DNA of 41,784 nucleotides from a virus. Position 1 is the stretch's first letter, and the number at the start of each line of letters is the position of its first letter. Shown here in pieces: positions 6,539-16,214 of the stretch. The position numbers and the translations under genes are program-made. The notes beneath the pieces were generated by a model. That model was not told where the DNA came from, did no database searches, and was given only the letters and a program-made list of their open reading frames with translations. Location: positions 1 through 41,784 of IMG/VR virus record IMGVR_UViG_3300032431_000020; one strand, given 5' to 3'.

Positions 6539-9507
6539 TATTCAATCACCCTGAAGTAAGTGGAGCCTGATTCGTTCGTGTACGTGTCGCCCACATCGTT
6601 GACGTAGGCTTCAATGACTTGCGGGCCTGTGAACTGCGGCAGGAACGTGACCGCGTAGCTCGCATTTGAATCCGGCGCGGTGTTGAACGTGACCGGCCGG
6701 AACAGCAGCACGCGCCCTGCCAGGGAAATATCCAGCGGCACAAAATAGACGCTGGAAAGCGTGGTGAAGCGGTCACCGATAGCGTGGGCGGCTTGCGTCG
6801 TACCGAGTCGGCCACGGCCCAGCCCGGTCAGGTCATAGTCATCAGCCGCGATCTCGTCCGCGTCGGTGAACTGCATGACCTCCGCGACGCCGCCGGACAG
6901 CACCGCCACCGGGTTACCGCCATCAGCGAACGTGGCCGGCGAGATGCTGTTCAGCGTGCCCCCGTGTACTGCAACCGCCAGGGTATCGGTGGGTAACGTG
7001 CCGATGGGCTCGCGCAGGTAGCCGATGACTGAGGGAACGATTGCCGATGCAATGACCGTTGACCAACTCGCACCGTCGTCCGTGGACATTTGCAGGAACG
7101 CGCCAGGCCATGCAGGCAGCAACCCGGCGAAGGCCATATACATGCCCGGCGAGTTGTCTTGCGATCGCAGGCGCGGCAGGTTCATCGCAGCAAACAGGGT
7201 GACGCCGCCAATGCTCGACGGTGGCTGCGCCGGCGGCAGCGCCGGGATCGGAGTCACATCGGCGGTGTATGCGCTCTGACGGTCATACTTGCCATGCACT
7301 TCGATCTCGCCATCCTTCAGCAATATCCGCTCTGAGACGAACCGCTTGTTGTAGAGGCTGAACGTCGCACCCGGCACCATCTCAAGGTATGTAGTGGTCT
7401 CGGTAGCGAACGGCACGGAGAACTTCACTTCGCCCTGCTGCCGCGCCCACTGAACCTTCATGCCGATGGCGGCCAACTCGCGCGAGGCTTCAGGTGCCAG
7501 CACCACAGACAGGTCGATAGACGACTCACCCAGGGCGCGCACGTCGGGGCTCAGGCGCCGCTCGGTCTGCGGGCGAACGGTGTAGTCCATCGTCGGGTCA
7601 ATGGCCCGCACGCTGAACAGTCGCGGATATTCAACCGGCTGGTTGCGCGTGTCCTCTTCGGTATCGTCGCTGCCTTCGATGAAGTCGTCGGGGTTCACGA
7701 CAAGATCAGTCGCGGAGCCGTGCTTGTGGAAGTTGACCTTGCCGTCATACTCGCTGCCGAAGCTGGTGTATGCCGTCATCAGCGGGCGCAGGCAGTCGGC
7801 CCCGTTGTAGGGTTGCAGGATCGGATAGCCCGGCAGCGTATCGGTCATCTCGGTTACGTCAATCTGCCCTGCCGTCACTCCGCTGCGCCCGCAGATGCGG
7901 GTGATGGCTGCGGCGACGGTGAGCGTGTCGGTGACAAGATCCACCGTGCTGTATGTGGCTTCGTACGCGCTAGATACTCCTGTTGGATAGCCTGCCGGGT
8001 AAACAAGCCCAGCAGGCATGGTCCCGGCGATAACTGCCGCATCGTAAGCAGCAGTCCAGAACGCCTCTGTGTTCTGCGGACTGTCCGTGTGGATGGTCGG
8101 CCCGACTTGGTACTGAATGAACTTCAGAACGCCGCCCACCGTGTCGGTTATCTCAGATTCCAGGCCGAGAAGCCCGAGTGTTGAGACGAGCGCGATCGTA
8201 GGTTTCGGCGTGACCACGCCAGCGCAGTCGATCAGGAAGCCATCGTTATCAGGCAGGATGGTTGGCTTTCCAAGAACGCACGGATCGCCTAGCTCGTTTG
8301 AAGGCGGGCGCGTGGTGCGGCGAGCCTTGATGAGCAGCGGCTCAAGTCCTGCGATTGCAGGGAACGCGTTGGCGCCGCAAGTGCCATTCCCCCGCAGCGC
8401 GGAATACTCCGCGCTTGCGACGGCAAAATACTTTTGCAGCGAGCCATCCCGGATGATGGTGAACTTAGAACCATCCGCTCCTGGGCAAATGGAATCCTTG
8501 GCCCCAGGGAATCGCTCAACGTCAAGGTAATCACTTGGCGCGAAGTCGTTGTAGACAAGCACCAGTTCCACATTATCCAGAACCGAATCCTGCGGAACGT
8601 AGGTGCTGATCCCGGAGGATTCTACGGCAAAATCGCTGGCGTGTGAGTAGCCTAAAAACTTGTTCGGTGTCGATCCGTAAAATGTATACGCCGCTGCGGC
8701 TTGGTCAATGATCGACTGGATCGTGTCGCCTGTAAAAGTGACAGTGCCTCCATCTTTTGTTGAGCGGTATCCTGAAAGCGTATACCTTGATTCTTCGTCC
8801 GCAAGCGGCCACGGTGCATTAACGAAGTCGGAATAATCAGGAAGCAGAAGCTCGGTCGTGGTCTCGGTCAGCACCTCACCCGCGCCAACCATGACGAACT
8901 CATACTGCGGGATGCGGTCGCCATAGGGCGCAAGGTTGATGTCGCGGCAGACGATGGTGAACACGCCGCGATAGGGCAGAGTGCGGCCTACGCCCGTGAT
9001 CGCTTCCATCGTCGGGTCGGGGAGCTGCGCTTCGTTGCCGTTGTAGAACGTGTGGTTGCGAAGGAACTTGGAGTTCTCTACTGTGAAGTTCGACTCGGGC
9101 CGCATGTCATAGACCACCTTCCCGTCGATCCGCACCATGAGGCAACCGGCCATCAGGCTGTTGCGGGTCTCGCTGGATTCGCAGATGAGGATGAGGAAGT
9201 CTTGATGCGCTTCGTAGGTGTTGACCTCGGTGCCGCTGCCCTTGCCATCGTCGGTTTTCTTGACGATGCGGCGCTCTGACTTCTGGCTGATGTTGCCCTG
9301 AACCCATCCGGCGGTCCCGAGTATCCACGCGATCGGCTGGCCGTCAGCGGAGGACTGGTTGGCACCGTCGCCGGGGCGCGGGCCGTTGACCTGGGTGGGG
9401 CTGATCCAGCCGCCGATGAGGCCGCCGATTGCCATGCCGATCTGGGGCGAGCCGAAGAACGCGCCGACTAGCCCGCCAACGGCTGTGCCTATCTGCTGGC
9501 CGCTCAT
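6538..9507 (-). CDS. Host-specificity / central tail-tip protein (RcGTA g15-like, lambda J analogue)
   Basis: 989 aa, directly after the NlpC/P60 gene. N-terminal glycine-zipper segment GTAVGGLVGAFFGSPQIGMAIGGLIGG. Confidence 0.8.
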   Translation of the reverse strand: MSGQQIGTAVGGLVGAFFGSPQIGMAIGGLIGGWISPTQVNGPRPGDGANQSSADGQPIAWILGTAGWVQGNISQKSERRIVKKTDDGKGSGTEVNTYEAHQDFLILICESSETRNSLMAGCLMVRIDGKVVYDMRPESNFTVENSKFLRNHTFYNGNEAQLPDPTMEAITGVGRTLPYRGVFTIVCRDINLAPYGDRIPQYEFVMVGAGEVLTETTTELLLPDYSDFVNAPWPLADEESRYTLSGYRSTKDGGTVTFTGDTIQSIIDQAAAAYTFYGSTPNKFLGYSHASDFAVESSGISTYVPQDSVLDNVELVLVYNDFAPSDYLDVERFPGAKDSICPGADGSKFTIIRDGSLQKYFAVASAEYSALRGNGTCGANAFPAIAGLEPLLIKARRTTRPPSNELGDPCVLGKPTILPDNDGFLIDCAGVVTPKPTIALVSTLGLLGLESEITDTVGGVLKFIQYQVGPTIHTDSPQNTEAFWTAAYDAAVIAGTMPAGLVYPAGYPTGVSSAYEATYSTVDLVTDTLTVAAAITRICGRSGVTAGQIDVTEMTDTLPGYPILQPYNGADCLRPLMTAYTSFGSEYDGKVNFHKHGSATDLVVNPDDFIEGSDDTEEDTRNQPVEYPRLFSVRAIDPTMDYTVRPQTERRLSPDVRALGESSIDLSVVLAPEASRELAAIGMKVQWARQQGEVKFSVPFATETTTYLEMVPGATFSLYNKRFVSERILLKDGEIEVHGKYDRQSAYTADVTPIPALPPAQPPSSIGGVTLFAAMNLPRLRSQDNSPGMYMAFAGLLPAWPGAFLQMSTDDGASWSTVIASAIVPSVIGYLREPIGTLPTDTLAVAVHGGTLNSISPATFADGGNPVAVLSGGVAEVMQFTDADEIAADDYDLTGLGRGRLGTTQAAHAIGDRFTTLSSVYFVPLDISLAGRVLLFRPVTFNTAPDSNASYAVTFLPQFTGPQVIEAYVNDVGDTYTNESGSTYFRVIE

Positions 9508-9953
9508 GGACGGAAGACCTCCACGATGCCATCGAACCAGCGATCACCGGCCACGCCGACGCCATGCTCCTGCACGCGCTTGTTCTCAGAGTGAACGTGG
9601 ATCATCCCCAGCCGTCCGCCGATTTCAGTCAGCAAGCCGACGTGGCGCGGCTCGCCGTCGAACTTGACCAACACCACGTCGGCGGGCCGCATCTCTGCCA
9701 TCGGCACTGCGGCCCCCAGGTTCGCCGCGAGCATGTCGCGCAGGCCGTTCTTGTGCGGCTCGCGCCCGTAGCCCTTGCGGTCCGTGTAGGGCCGGCCGAT
9801 CAGATTCATGCCCGCCCCCACCATGCCCACGCAGTCCAGCCCGATGGCCGGGTTCCGGCCTTGGTGACGGAACGGGACGCCCATGAAGGAACGGCACGCA
9901 GCGACAAGTGCCGCCGATTCGTCAGGGGTAAGGGGGTCCCCGATGGCGCGCAT
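9504..9953 (-). CDS. NlpC/P60 (C40) cell-wall peptidase of the tail tip (RcGTA g14-like)
   Basis: GLDCVGMV catalytic-Cys context with a downstream His. Position between the DUF2163 and J-like genes. Confidence 0.8.
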   Translation of the reverse strand: MRAIGDPLTPDESAALVAACRSFMGVPFRHQGRNPAIGLDCVGMVGAGMNLIGRPYTDRKGYGREPHKNGLRDMLAANLGAAVPMAEMRPADVVLVKFDGEPRHVGLLTEIGGRLGMIHVHSENKRVQEHGVGVAGDRWFDGIVEVFRP

Positions 9954-10918
9954 CAGACAGCCGCTACGCTGCCGGCGCCGCCGGTCGTGGTGCTAGGGCC
10001 AGTGGACGCCGCGCCGGGCGCCTGGAGCTGCTCAGACTCGCTGACGGGGCGATACCACTCGCCGCGATAGTTGGGCAGGTTGTCGAACTGGAAACAACTG
10101 TTCTCGCCATCCTCCACGACCGACCCGAACAGCAGGTTCGTGCAGTTGGGCCGACGCCTGCCCGTGTCGCCCACTTGGATCGGACGGTCCGTGGGCATGG
10201 TCAGCGTGACCACCGCGCCCACGTTGTCTTCGATCTCGAAGGTGCGGCCCGCGTTGTCGCCCGTGTACCACTCGGCAAGACCAGGACGCAGCGCGCTGTT
10301 GGCAGGGGCCGTGCCGTCCATCGTGAACACCCGGTCGGTTTCCAAGCCAACGGCATCCACTTCGAAGTCCTCCCACAGCGTAGCAACCGGGTACTTGCAA
10401 CGATCGTCGCCCATGGTAGCGCGGCAAGATACCGAGCCCATCTCGATGATCGAAAGCTGTTTCATCTGCTGGGTCAGGCTGCGCAGCTCGGGGAAGCAGA
10501 CCATGCGGTCCACTTGCCGGATGCGCCCGATGGTCCCAGATGAGATCAGCGCACGCCCTGCTGACAGATCAAGGTAGTCAACCAGATACTCCACATAGCT
10601 TGCATCGTCATACACGCCGCGCTCAATAGCGTCAGACGTAAAGCCGTCCATTTCAAACTCGGCTATCAGCACCTGCATTTCGGAGTTGTCCACCGCCAGG
10701 TCGGCAGTGGCGTCCAGTGCGAACGGGGTGTAGCCGCGCTTGGCCTTGTACGTCAGCAAGCCTTCCCCATCGTCATACTCGACATCCCGGTCCAGGCTGG
10801 TCAGGGCAATGACGGGATCTTCTGGCAGCAGGGGCGTGATCTTGGCCAGGCGGCAGTCTGTACTGGCTGGCTGGGCCATGCTGTCAGCAAGCGCAATCGG
10901 GATGTTGCGCTGGATCAT
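9953..10918 (-). CDS. DUF2163 / BR0599-type tail hub protein (RcGTA g13-like)
   Basis: CRATMGDDRCKYPV motif typical of the family, plus synteny. Confidence 0.75.
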   Translation of the reverse strand: MIQRNIPIALADSMAQPASTDCRLAKITPLLPEDPVIALTSLDRDVEYDDGEGLLTYKAKRGYTPFALDATADLAVDNSEMQVLIAEFEMDGFTSDAIERGVYDDASYVEYLVDYLDLSAGRALISSGTIGRIRQVDRMVCFPELRSLTQQMKQLSIIEMGSVSCRATMGDDRCKYPVATLWEDFEVDAVGLETDRVFTMDGTAPANSALRPGLAEWYTGDNAGRTFEIEDNVGAVVTLTMPTDRPIQVGDTGRRRPNCTNLLFGSVVEDGENSCFQFDNLPNYRGEWYRPVSESEQLQAPGAASTGPSTTTGGAGSVAAV

Positions 10919-11529
10919 TCGACGAATACCTCGATCAGATCAATCTGCCCGTTCATGGCGTAGGCATCAGCGCCTCGCCGGTTGTCGATGGACATGGGCA
11001 GGGAGTCAGATGCGAACCTGACTGCAACCCGGAACTCACCGGACCACGTAAGCACTGCGCCTGGAGTCCATGCCGATGTCGGGATGAACAGCCCAGTCAA
11101 GGGGTCAGCAGCGCCCGCCTTCACCACGCCGTTCTGCTTGACCACCACCGTCCCGGCAACGGGCTTGGTGATGATCCGCTCATAGAACGCCGCGCCCTCA
11201 AAGTTGGCCAGGTGGATAAGCTGCACTGCGGCCGATCCAGAAGGGGCCAGCCCCAGCGGGTCATCCACCGATAAATAGTCGCTGTCATCCTTCACCAGAA
11301 AGCTATGCAACTGACCACGGACGGCAAGGAACGCGGCCTTAAGTTTCATCAGGTACTCATCGCTGCTGATGTTGTTGAAAGGCAGCGTGTAGCGATGGCG
11401 TACAAGGTCATTCAATCCCCTGCGCTTCTCACGGCCACTGCGGAGCATCCGAACGTCCGTATTGAACTCCGGCGATGCCTGCCAGCCAAAGCCGGGGCAC
11501 ACGTCGATCTCGACCGGATACAGCGCCAT
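10915..11529 (-). CDS. DUF2460 distal tail protein (RcGTA g12-like)
   Basis: ~200 aa directly after the tape measure. C-terminal FRVAVRFASDSLPMS-type motif. Confidence 0.75.
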   Translation of the reverse strand: MALYPVEIDVCPGFGWQASPEFNTDVRMLRSGREKRRGLNDLVRHRYTLPFNNISSDEYLMKLKAAFLAVRGQLHSFLVKDDSDYLSVDDPLGLAPSGSAAVQLIHLANFEGAAFYERIITKPVAGTVVVKQNGVVKAGAADPLTGLFIPTSAWTPGAVLTWSGEFRVAVRFASDSLPMSIDNRRGADAYAMNGQIDLIEVFVE

Positions 11530-13691
11530 CAGTTATTCCTCCGCGCGGCTTCGCTGGTCAGTGAAGCCAACTTCTGGTTCTTCTGGCTCTCGGTGCGGGC
11601 GTCATAGGGTGCGCGGTAGTTGATTGCGATGTTCTGCACAACCCCGGCGCCGCCCATCGTTTGGCGATTCGGAATGATTGACCCTGCGGTGTTGGGCCGG
11701 AACCACTCGGGCCCTCGCTCGCCTACCAAGTAACCCTTGGATGGACTGACAGGACCGCCATTGGCGCGCGCGCCGCCGAAGAATGAACCAAAGAGTGCGG
11801 CTAACCCGCCACCACCCCCTTGCTGCTTGCCGTCGCCGCTGAATGAGTTGAACAGCGCGTCTATCGCCTTGTCCGTGGTGAACTTCAGCGCGCGGGCGAA
11901 CAGGTCATCCATGAAGTCGCCGAACGCTTCCTTTGCAGACTTGGCACCAGTGGCAAAGTCAACGAAGGCATCAGACAGGCCATCCTTGAAGTCGTCCATA
12001 AAGTCCTTCATTTCATAGCCACGCTCAATCTCGTCAAACAGGGCGCTTGCTGCGGCCCGCTGTTCATCGGTAGCGTCTGCCTCAAGGTGACGCAGGAAGA
12101 TCGCCTTCTCCCTTGCCACATTGGACAAGCCCATGATGTCCAGTTCGAACTGCATGTCTTCCAGCAACCTGTCGGTATTCTCTATCGCCCGCTCGCGCTG
12201 CTCTACCTCGCGCTCAGCCAATGCTATGGCCTTCTCTGTTTCCTGATTCGCCTTGAAGTCCGCGTCAAACTTCTCGGCAGCAGCCAGGGCCAATCCCTTC
12301 TGCGCCTCGGTAAGCTTGGAAAGCCCACCGAACTGGATGTCATAGGAAACCTTGGCCGCTTCACCCTCCGCGCCAATCAGGGCGGTACGCTCCTTGAGGG
12401 ATTCGATCAGCCCTTCATAGGAAGCAATCAGGCGCTCGGCCTCTACTTCCTCATCTGACTTGCGGGCTGTTTTTGCGCCACCGCCGCCGGATCTTGTTGG
12501 CTTGGGCGCATCTCCAAACGCCATCTTGCGCAGGCGCTCAGCCTCTGCGCGGGCGGCACGCATCTGCTCCACAATCTGCCGATCAGCTACGGTGCCAGTT
12601 ACTTTGGACGTAACGCCTGCAAACAGGTTAGGGACATTGGCCTCGTTTGCAGCCTCATCTACGCCATTGAATAGCGCGCTGGCAATCCCCTTGCCGGCAT
12701 CCTTGTATGCGCCCACTGCCTTGGAATAAGCGCCAGCATCAAGGCTGAATACCGCATCGGCCATGTCGCGGGCCGCGCCCCTGGCGTCACGAAGGCCATC
12801 GGCAACGGCTGTCAGTTCCCTGCGGAACACAGCCCCCTTGTCCGCGCCCTGCTGGAAGAAGCCAGCCACCGCACGGATGGCGTCTGCAATCTCGACGGCT
12901 GTCTTAGTGAGCCCGTCCCCTTCCTTGGCAGAGTTGACCCACTCATCGGTCAGCCGTTGCAAGTCAGGCAGCAGTTCAGCAGCGACGGCATTTGCCAGCC
13001 CGCTGGCAAGACTCTGCATACGGGTCAGGTTGTCGTTGAACGCCTCGGCTTGCTGGGCAGTCTCCGTGGAGATGATCTGCCCGAACGCGGCCGCCTCATC
13101 GGCTGCATCGCGCAAGCCCTGCGAACCATCCTTGATCAGCGGGATTAGGTTCTGGAAGCTACGCCCGAATATCTGAAGGCCCGCAGCGATGATCTCCGGG
13201 GAGCCTTCCTGCCGCTTGAAGGCGTCGGCGAAGTCAGCCAGAACCTCGTCGGCGCCACGTAGCTTCCCCGTGGCGTCGGTAACAGCAATGCCCAGCGCAC
13301 CAAAGACCTTGGCCTGCTGGCTGGTCGTCTTGAGCGCCTCGGCCTGAGACTTGACCAGCTTGCCCAGGCTCGACTGAAGATCGCCAATTGACACGTCTGC
13401 GAGTTTGCCGGCATAGGTCAACGCGCTGAACTGTTCGACCGGCAAGCCAACCCGCTGGCTGGCCTTGCTCAGCTCGTCCATGTTGTTGATGGACTGGCGA
13501 AGGGCATTGACAGCGAGCGTTGCACCCGCTGCCAGTGCCGTCCCCAATACGGCGCCGGCCTGCTTGGCATACCGCTGGATATTGTCCAGGCGCTGCTTGG
13601 CCGTGCGCTCAGCAGCAGTCATGCCTGCGGTGAACTGGCTCGTCTTGGCAACCAGGTCGAGCGTCAGCGTCCCGAGTGAGCGGCTTGCCAT
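11529..13691 (-). CDS. Tail tape measure protein
   Basis: 720 aa, Ala/Leu/Gln-rich helical protein following the G/G-T chaperone pair. Confidence 0.9.
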   Translation of the reverse strand: MASRSLGTLTLDLVAKTSQFTAGMTAAERTAKQRLDNIQRYAKQAGAVLGTALAAGATLAVNALRQSINNMDELSKASQRVGLPVEQFSALTYAGKLADVSIGDLQSSLGKLVKSQAEALKTTSQQAKVFGALGIAVTDATGKLRGADEVLADFADAFKRQEGSPEIIAAGLQIFGRSFQNLIPLIKDGSQGLRDAADEAAAFGQIISTETAQQAEAFNDNLTRMQSLASGLANAVAAELLPDLQRLTDEWVNSAKEGDGLTKTAVEIADAIRAVAGFFQQGADKGAVFRRELTAVADGLRDARGAARDMADAVFSLDAGAYSKAVGAYKDAGKGIASALFNGVDEAANEANVPNLFAGVTSKVTGTVADRQIVEQMRAARAEAERLRKMAFGDAPKPTRSGGGGAKTARKSDEEVEAERLIASYEGLIESLKERTALIGAEGEAAKVSYDIQFGGLSKLTEAQKGLALAAAEKFDADFKANQETEKAIALAEREVEQRERAIENTDRLLEDMQFELDIMGLSNVAREKAIFLRHLEADATDEQRAAASALFDEIERGYEMKDFMDDFKDGLSDAFVDFATGAKSAKEAFGDFMDDLFARALKFTTDKAIDALFNSFSGDGKQQGGGGGLAALFGSFFGGARANGGPVSPSKGYLVGERGPEWFRPNTAGSIIPNRQTMGGAGVVQNIAINYRAPYDARTESQKNQKLASLTSEAARRNN

Positions 13692-14364
13692 TACTTCTTC
13701 ACCTTCATAGCGCCCTTCAGGATGTGCATGATTGCTTCCGGAGTTGCCTCGGGTTCTTCCTCATGCGGCCACGGCATGAAGTCTTCGACCTTGGTGGATT
13801 TGAACTGGGTAGTCATCCACCTAGCCCATGCAGCGTCATTCCTGAGCATCGGATTTAGCGGGCCGAACTTCTGCCGGTACTGGGTCCAGATGTTCAGCTC
13901 GTCTTGCGTGAGGGCTTGCTGCCACTCCGTGATGGTTCTGCCGCCGAGGGCGATGGCGAACTCACACCACCATTCGTCCTCGGCTGTGATTTTTTTGCCG
14001 TGTCGGGGTTTGCCTCATTGATGGCCGTCATCAACTGCGCGAACATCACCAGATCCAAGCCCATCGCATCTTCCACAGATGGGAATACCGGGACGCCTTC
14101 CTCAGTGAATACGCTGCGCTGGATGGCAAGATAGATGCGGCGGTCGTTGTCCTTTTCACCGCTCAGTGCCAGCTGGTCGGCTGCACTGAACTTGCGAATC
14201 CAGAAATCAACCGAACCCTCTACCTGATCATCCTCGCGCTCAGGCTTGGCTGGGTGTTCCCAGCTTTCCTCCGGCTTGAGCGGATAATACTTGATTCCGA
14301 TGGTTTTCTTGACCAGCGGATTGCTGGCAACAAGACCCATTGTGCGTAGCTGTGTAATGTCCAT
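13691..14364 (-). CDS. Tail assembly chaperone G-T fusion via -1 programmed frameshift (125 + 99 aa)
   Basis: The -1 frame is open for 99 codons from 13990 (ITAEDEWWCEFAIALGGRTITEWQQALTQDELNIW...KGAMKVKK). It ends at TAA 13693-13691, overlapping the tape measure ATG. Confidence 0.7.
13894..14364 (-). CDS. Tail assembly chaperone (G-like, zero-frame product)
   Basis: Located between the tail tube and tape measure genes. Contains the slippery heptamer near its 3' end. The zero-frame tail after the site is low-complexity (SQPRTNGGVSSPSPS..). Confidence 0.8.
   Translation of the reverse strand: MDITQLRTMGLVASNPLVKKTIGIKYYPLKPEESWEHPAKPEREDDQVEGSVDFWIRKFSAADQLALSGEKDNDRRIYLAIQRSVFTEEGVPVFPSVEDAMGLDLVMFAQLMTAINEANPDTAKKSQPRTNGGVSSPSPSAAEPSRSGSKPSRKTS
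13990..13996 (-). promoter_or_regulatory. Slippery heptamer A_AAA_AAA for the G/G-T -1 frameshift
   Basis: Zero-frame codons GCA AAA AAA (A123 K124 K125 of the 156-aa ORF); the plus strand shows ttttttt. Confidence 0.7.
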
Positions 14365-14445
14365 TTGTACTCGCCGATTAGGTGGGGTCGCGGGAACTGA
14401 CGGCGAGACAGCCCCAGGCCGACCCCATGAACTGAGTGGGCGCCG

Positions 14446-14928
14446 TTAGGTGGTGGCAGGAATCAGTACCGGCTCGCCGGAGACCTGGATGCCGATGTTC
14501 GACGTGACCTGCGTGTTCTGGGCGAACGAGAACGGGAAAGCGTTCATGTAGCCCTCAAACACCAGCCAGGTCCGCCCGGTCGGCAGGACGAACTGGCACA
14601 CGCCATCATCGTCCACCGCTGCGGTCGGCGGGATGCCCAAACCATCGGACCAGCCGATTGCCCACTGAAGGACGGTGCCTGCGCGCTTCAGCTCGTGCAG
14701 GCGGATGTGGGTGGTGTCCTGCGGATCGGTGTAGATGCCGAACGTCGCCGAACCGGGAGTGCCGAGACCGGCCTCATAGCGGCGGACGAGATCACGCAAG
14801 CAAGTGACTTCGTTCTGTTCGATGCTCACGTCGATGCCGTCGATGCTGATGACGCAGCCGGCATCCAGGACGGTGCAGACGGCGGCAACCTGGTCGATCA
14901 GGTAAAGCTCAGTACCTTGTGTTTTCAT
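14446..14928 (-). CDS. Major tail (tube) protein
   Basis: 160 aa, strong RBS (GAGGAA), position upstream of the chaperones. Confidence 0.75.
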   Translation of the reverse strand: MKTQGTELYLIDQVAAVCTVLDAGCVISIDGIDVSIEQNEVTCLRDLVRRYEAGLGTPGSATFGIYTDPQDTTHIRLHELKRAGTVLQWAIGWSDGLGIPPTAAVDDDGVCQFVLPTGRTWLVFEGYMNAFPFSFAQNTQVTSNIGIQVSGEPVLIPATT

Positions 14929-14948
14929 TTTGGTTCCTCAGTGCGGGC

Positions 14949-14973
14949 AATAAAAAACCCGCCGGGAGGCGGG
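14949..14973 (-). terminator. Intrinsic terminator-like hairpin upstream of the tail tube gene
   Basis: Minus strand CCCGCC-TCCC-GGCGGG followed by TTTTTTATT. Confidence 0.55.
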
Positions 14974-14999
14974 GTGGCGGGGTGGCATTGCTGCCGGGG

Positions 15000-15383
15000 T
15001 TACCGTGGCGTCAACCACTCCACGGTGAAGCTCAATCGGTGCAGGCGGGTGGCATCGTCCATGAACTCACCGTTCCACGCGACCACGTAGGCGACCGGCT
15101 CGAACGCATCGCGCAGGGCTGCCGCAACCGCCCGCGCGCTGGATGCGCTGCTGGCGTACACGTCCACCTGCGTGCCGTAAAGGTCGAAGCCTGGCGCGCA
15201 GTTCAGGAAGTTGTCGGGGCTGCCGTAGGCAACCTGCCAGACAGCGTAGGGGACGCCACTGGCCGGGACGCCATTGGCATCGCGGGGCGCCTCGCCGAAT
15301 GACCAGAACCGGACAGGGCTGGCGCCGATCAATGCCTTGACCGCTGCGCTGGCACTGACCACTTGTGCGATGGGCGGGAACAT
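15000..15383 (-). CDS. DUF3168-like tail completion/terminator protein
   Basis: 127 aa; position and overall similarity to RcGTA g8-type proteins. Confidence 0.65.
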   Translation of the reverse strand: MFPPIAQVVSASAAVKALIGASPVRFWSFGEAPRDANGVPASGVPYAVWQVAYGSPDNFLNCAPGFDLYGTQVDVYASSASSARAVAAALRDAFEPVAYVVAWNGEFMDDATRLHRLSFTVEWLTPR

Positions 15384-15886
15384 CAGGGAAGTCTCGCCAG
15401 CTTGGTGATCTGGTCGCTCAGTTCACTGGTCACGGTAGCGATCACCTTGCCCACATTGTTGGAAAGCGCCGGGACCATGAACGGCTGGGCGCGAATCTTA
15501 CTGGTGCCAAGCTCCACGAACCGCCAGTAGAAGGTATCGCCGCCGGGGTTGCTTGAGTTGCCCCCGGTCGCAAAGGACTTGCCAGCCCTGCGACCGCGCA
15601 CGTTGTCCTTGGTGTTGGCGTAGCTTTTCGAGCCGCCCATGACGCCCACGCGCAGGCCGACATCTCCCTTGGGCATACGGCGGGACGATTGGATGGTGAT
15701 GTTCTTGGGGATGTTCTCTCGGGTCTGCGGATCGTCAACGCGGCGGGCATTGTTCCGCGCCGCATCGCGCACGATCACCGCACCCTTTCGCAGTGCAGCA
15801 CGAAGCCCCTTTTTCTGGAGCTTCACCGGCAGCTCACGCATCTTGCGTAGGGTGGCGTCCATGTTGGCCCAGGCGTTGTCAGCCAT
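15383..15886 (-). CDS. HK97 gp10-family head-tail joining protein
   Basis: N-terminus ...LRKMRELPVKLQKKGLRAALRKGAVIVRDAA is typical of the family. Confidence 0.75.
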   Translation of the reverse strand: MADNAWANMDATLRKMRELPVKLQKKGLRAALRKGAVIVRDAARNNARRVDDPQTRENIPKNITIQSSRRMPKGDVGLRVGVMGGSKSYANTKDNVRGRRAGKSFATGGNSSNPGGDTFYWRFVELGTSKIRAQPFMVPALSNNVGKVIATVTSELSDQITKLARLP

Positions 15887-16214
15887 CGTTGGCGCCCTCA
15901 GACACCGGCACGGTCAGGTATTCCAGCCCAGAATCCTTGTCGGCCAGGAACCCAGCCGGGTTGTAAACCTTGCCGTTGTGCAGAATCCGCATCTGCCCGT
16001 TCAGCCCAGCCCGGTAGCGGATGGTGATGCGAGCGGACACCTCGGACTGCTGCGCCCGCGCTGCGATGAACTCACGCACGCTCAGCGGCTCTATGGCAGC
16101 CCACACGGTAGCCACGTCCGCCCATGCGTAGATCGGCTCCAGATCGGCGTCCTGTGTCAGCACGCGCTCCTGGATCACGACCCGATGGCGAAGGCGGCCG
16201 GCGGCGAGGGTCAT
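15879..16214 (-). CDS. Head closure / head-tail adaptor protein (SPP1 gp16-like)
   Basis: RLRHRVVIQ...WA.IEPLS.RE... pattern. Start taken at residue 10 of track ORF 15879-16241 (ATGA overlap with the upstream stop). Confidence 0.75.
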   Translation of the reverse strand: MTLAAGRLRHRVVIQERVLTQDADLEPIYAWADVATVWAAIEPLSVREFIAARAQQSEVSARITIRYRAGLNGQMRILHNGKVYNPAGFLADKDSGLEYLTVPVSEGANDG

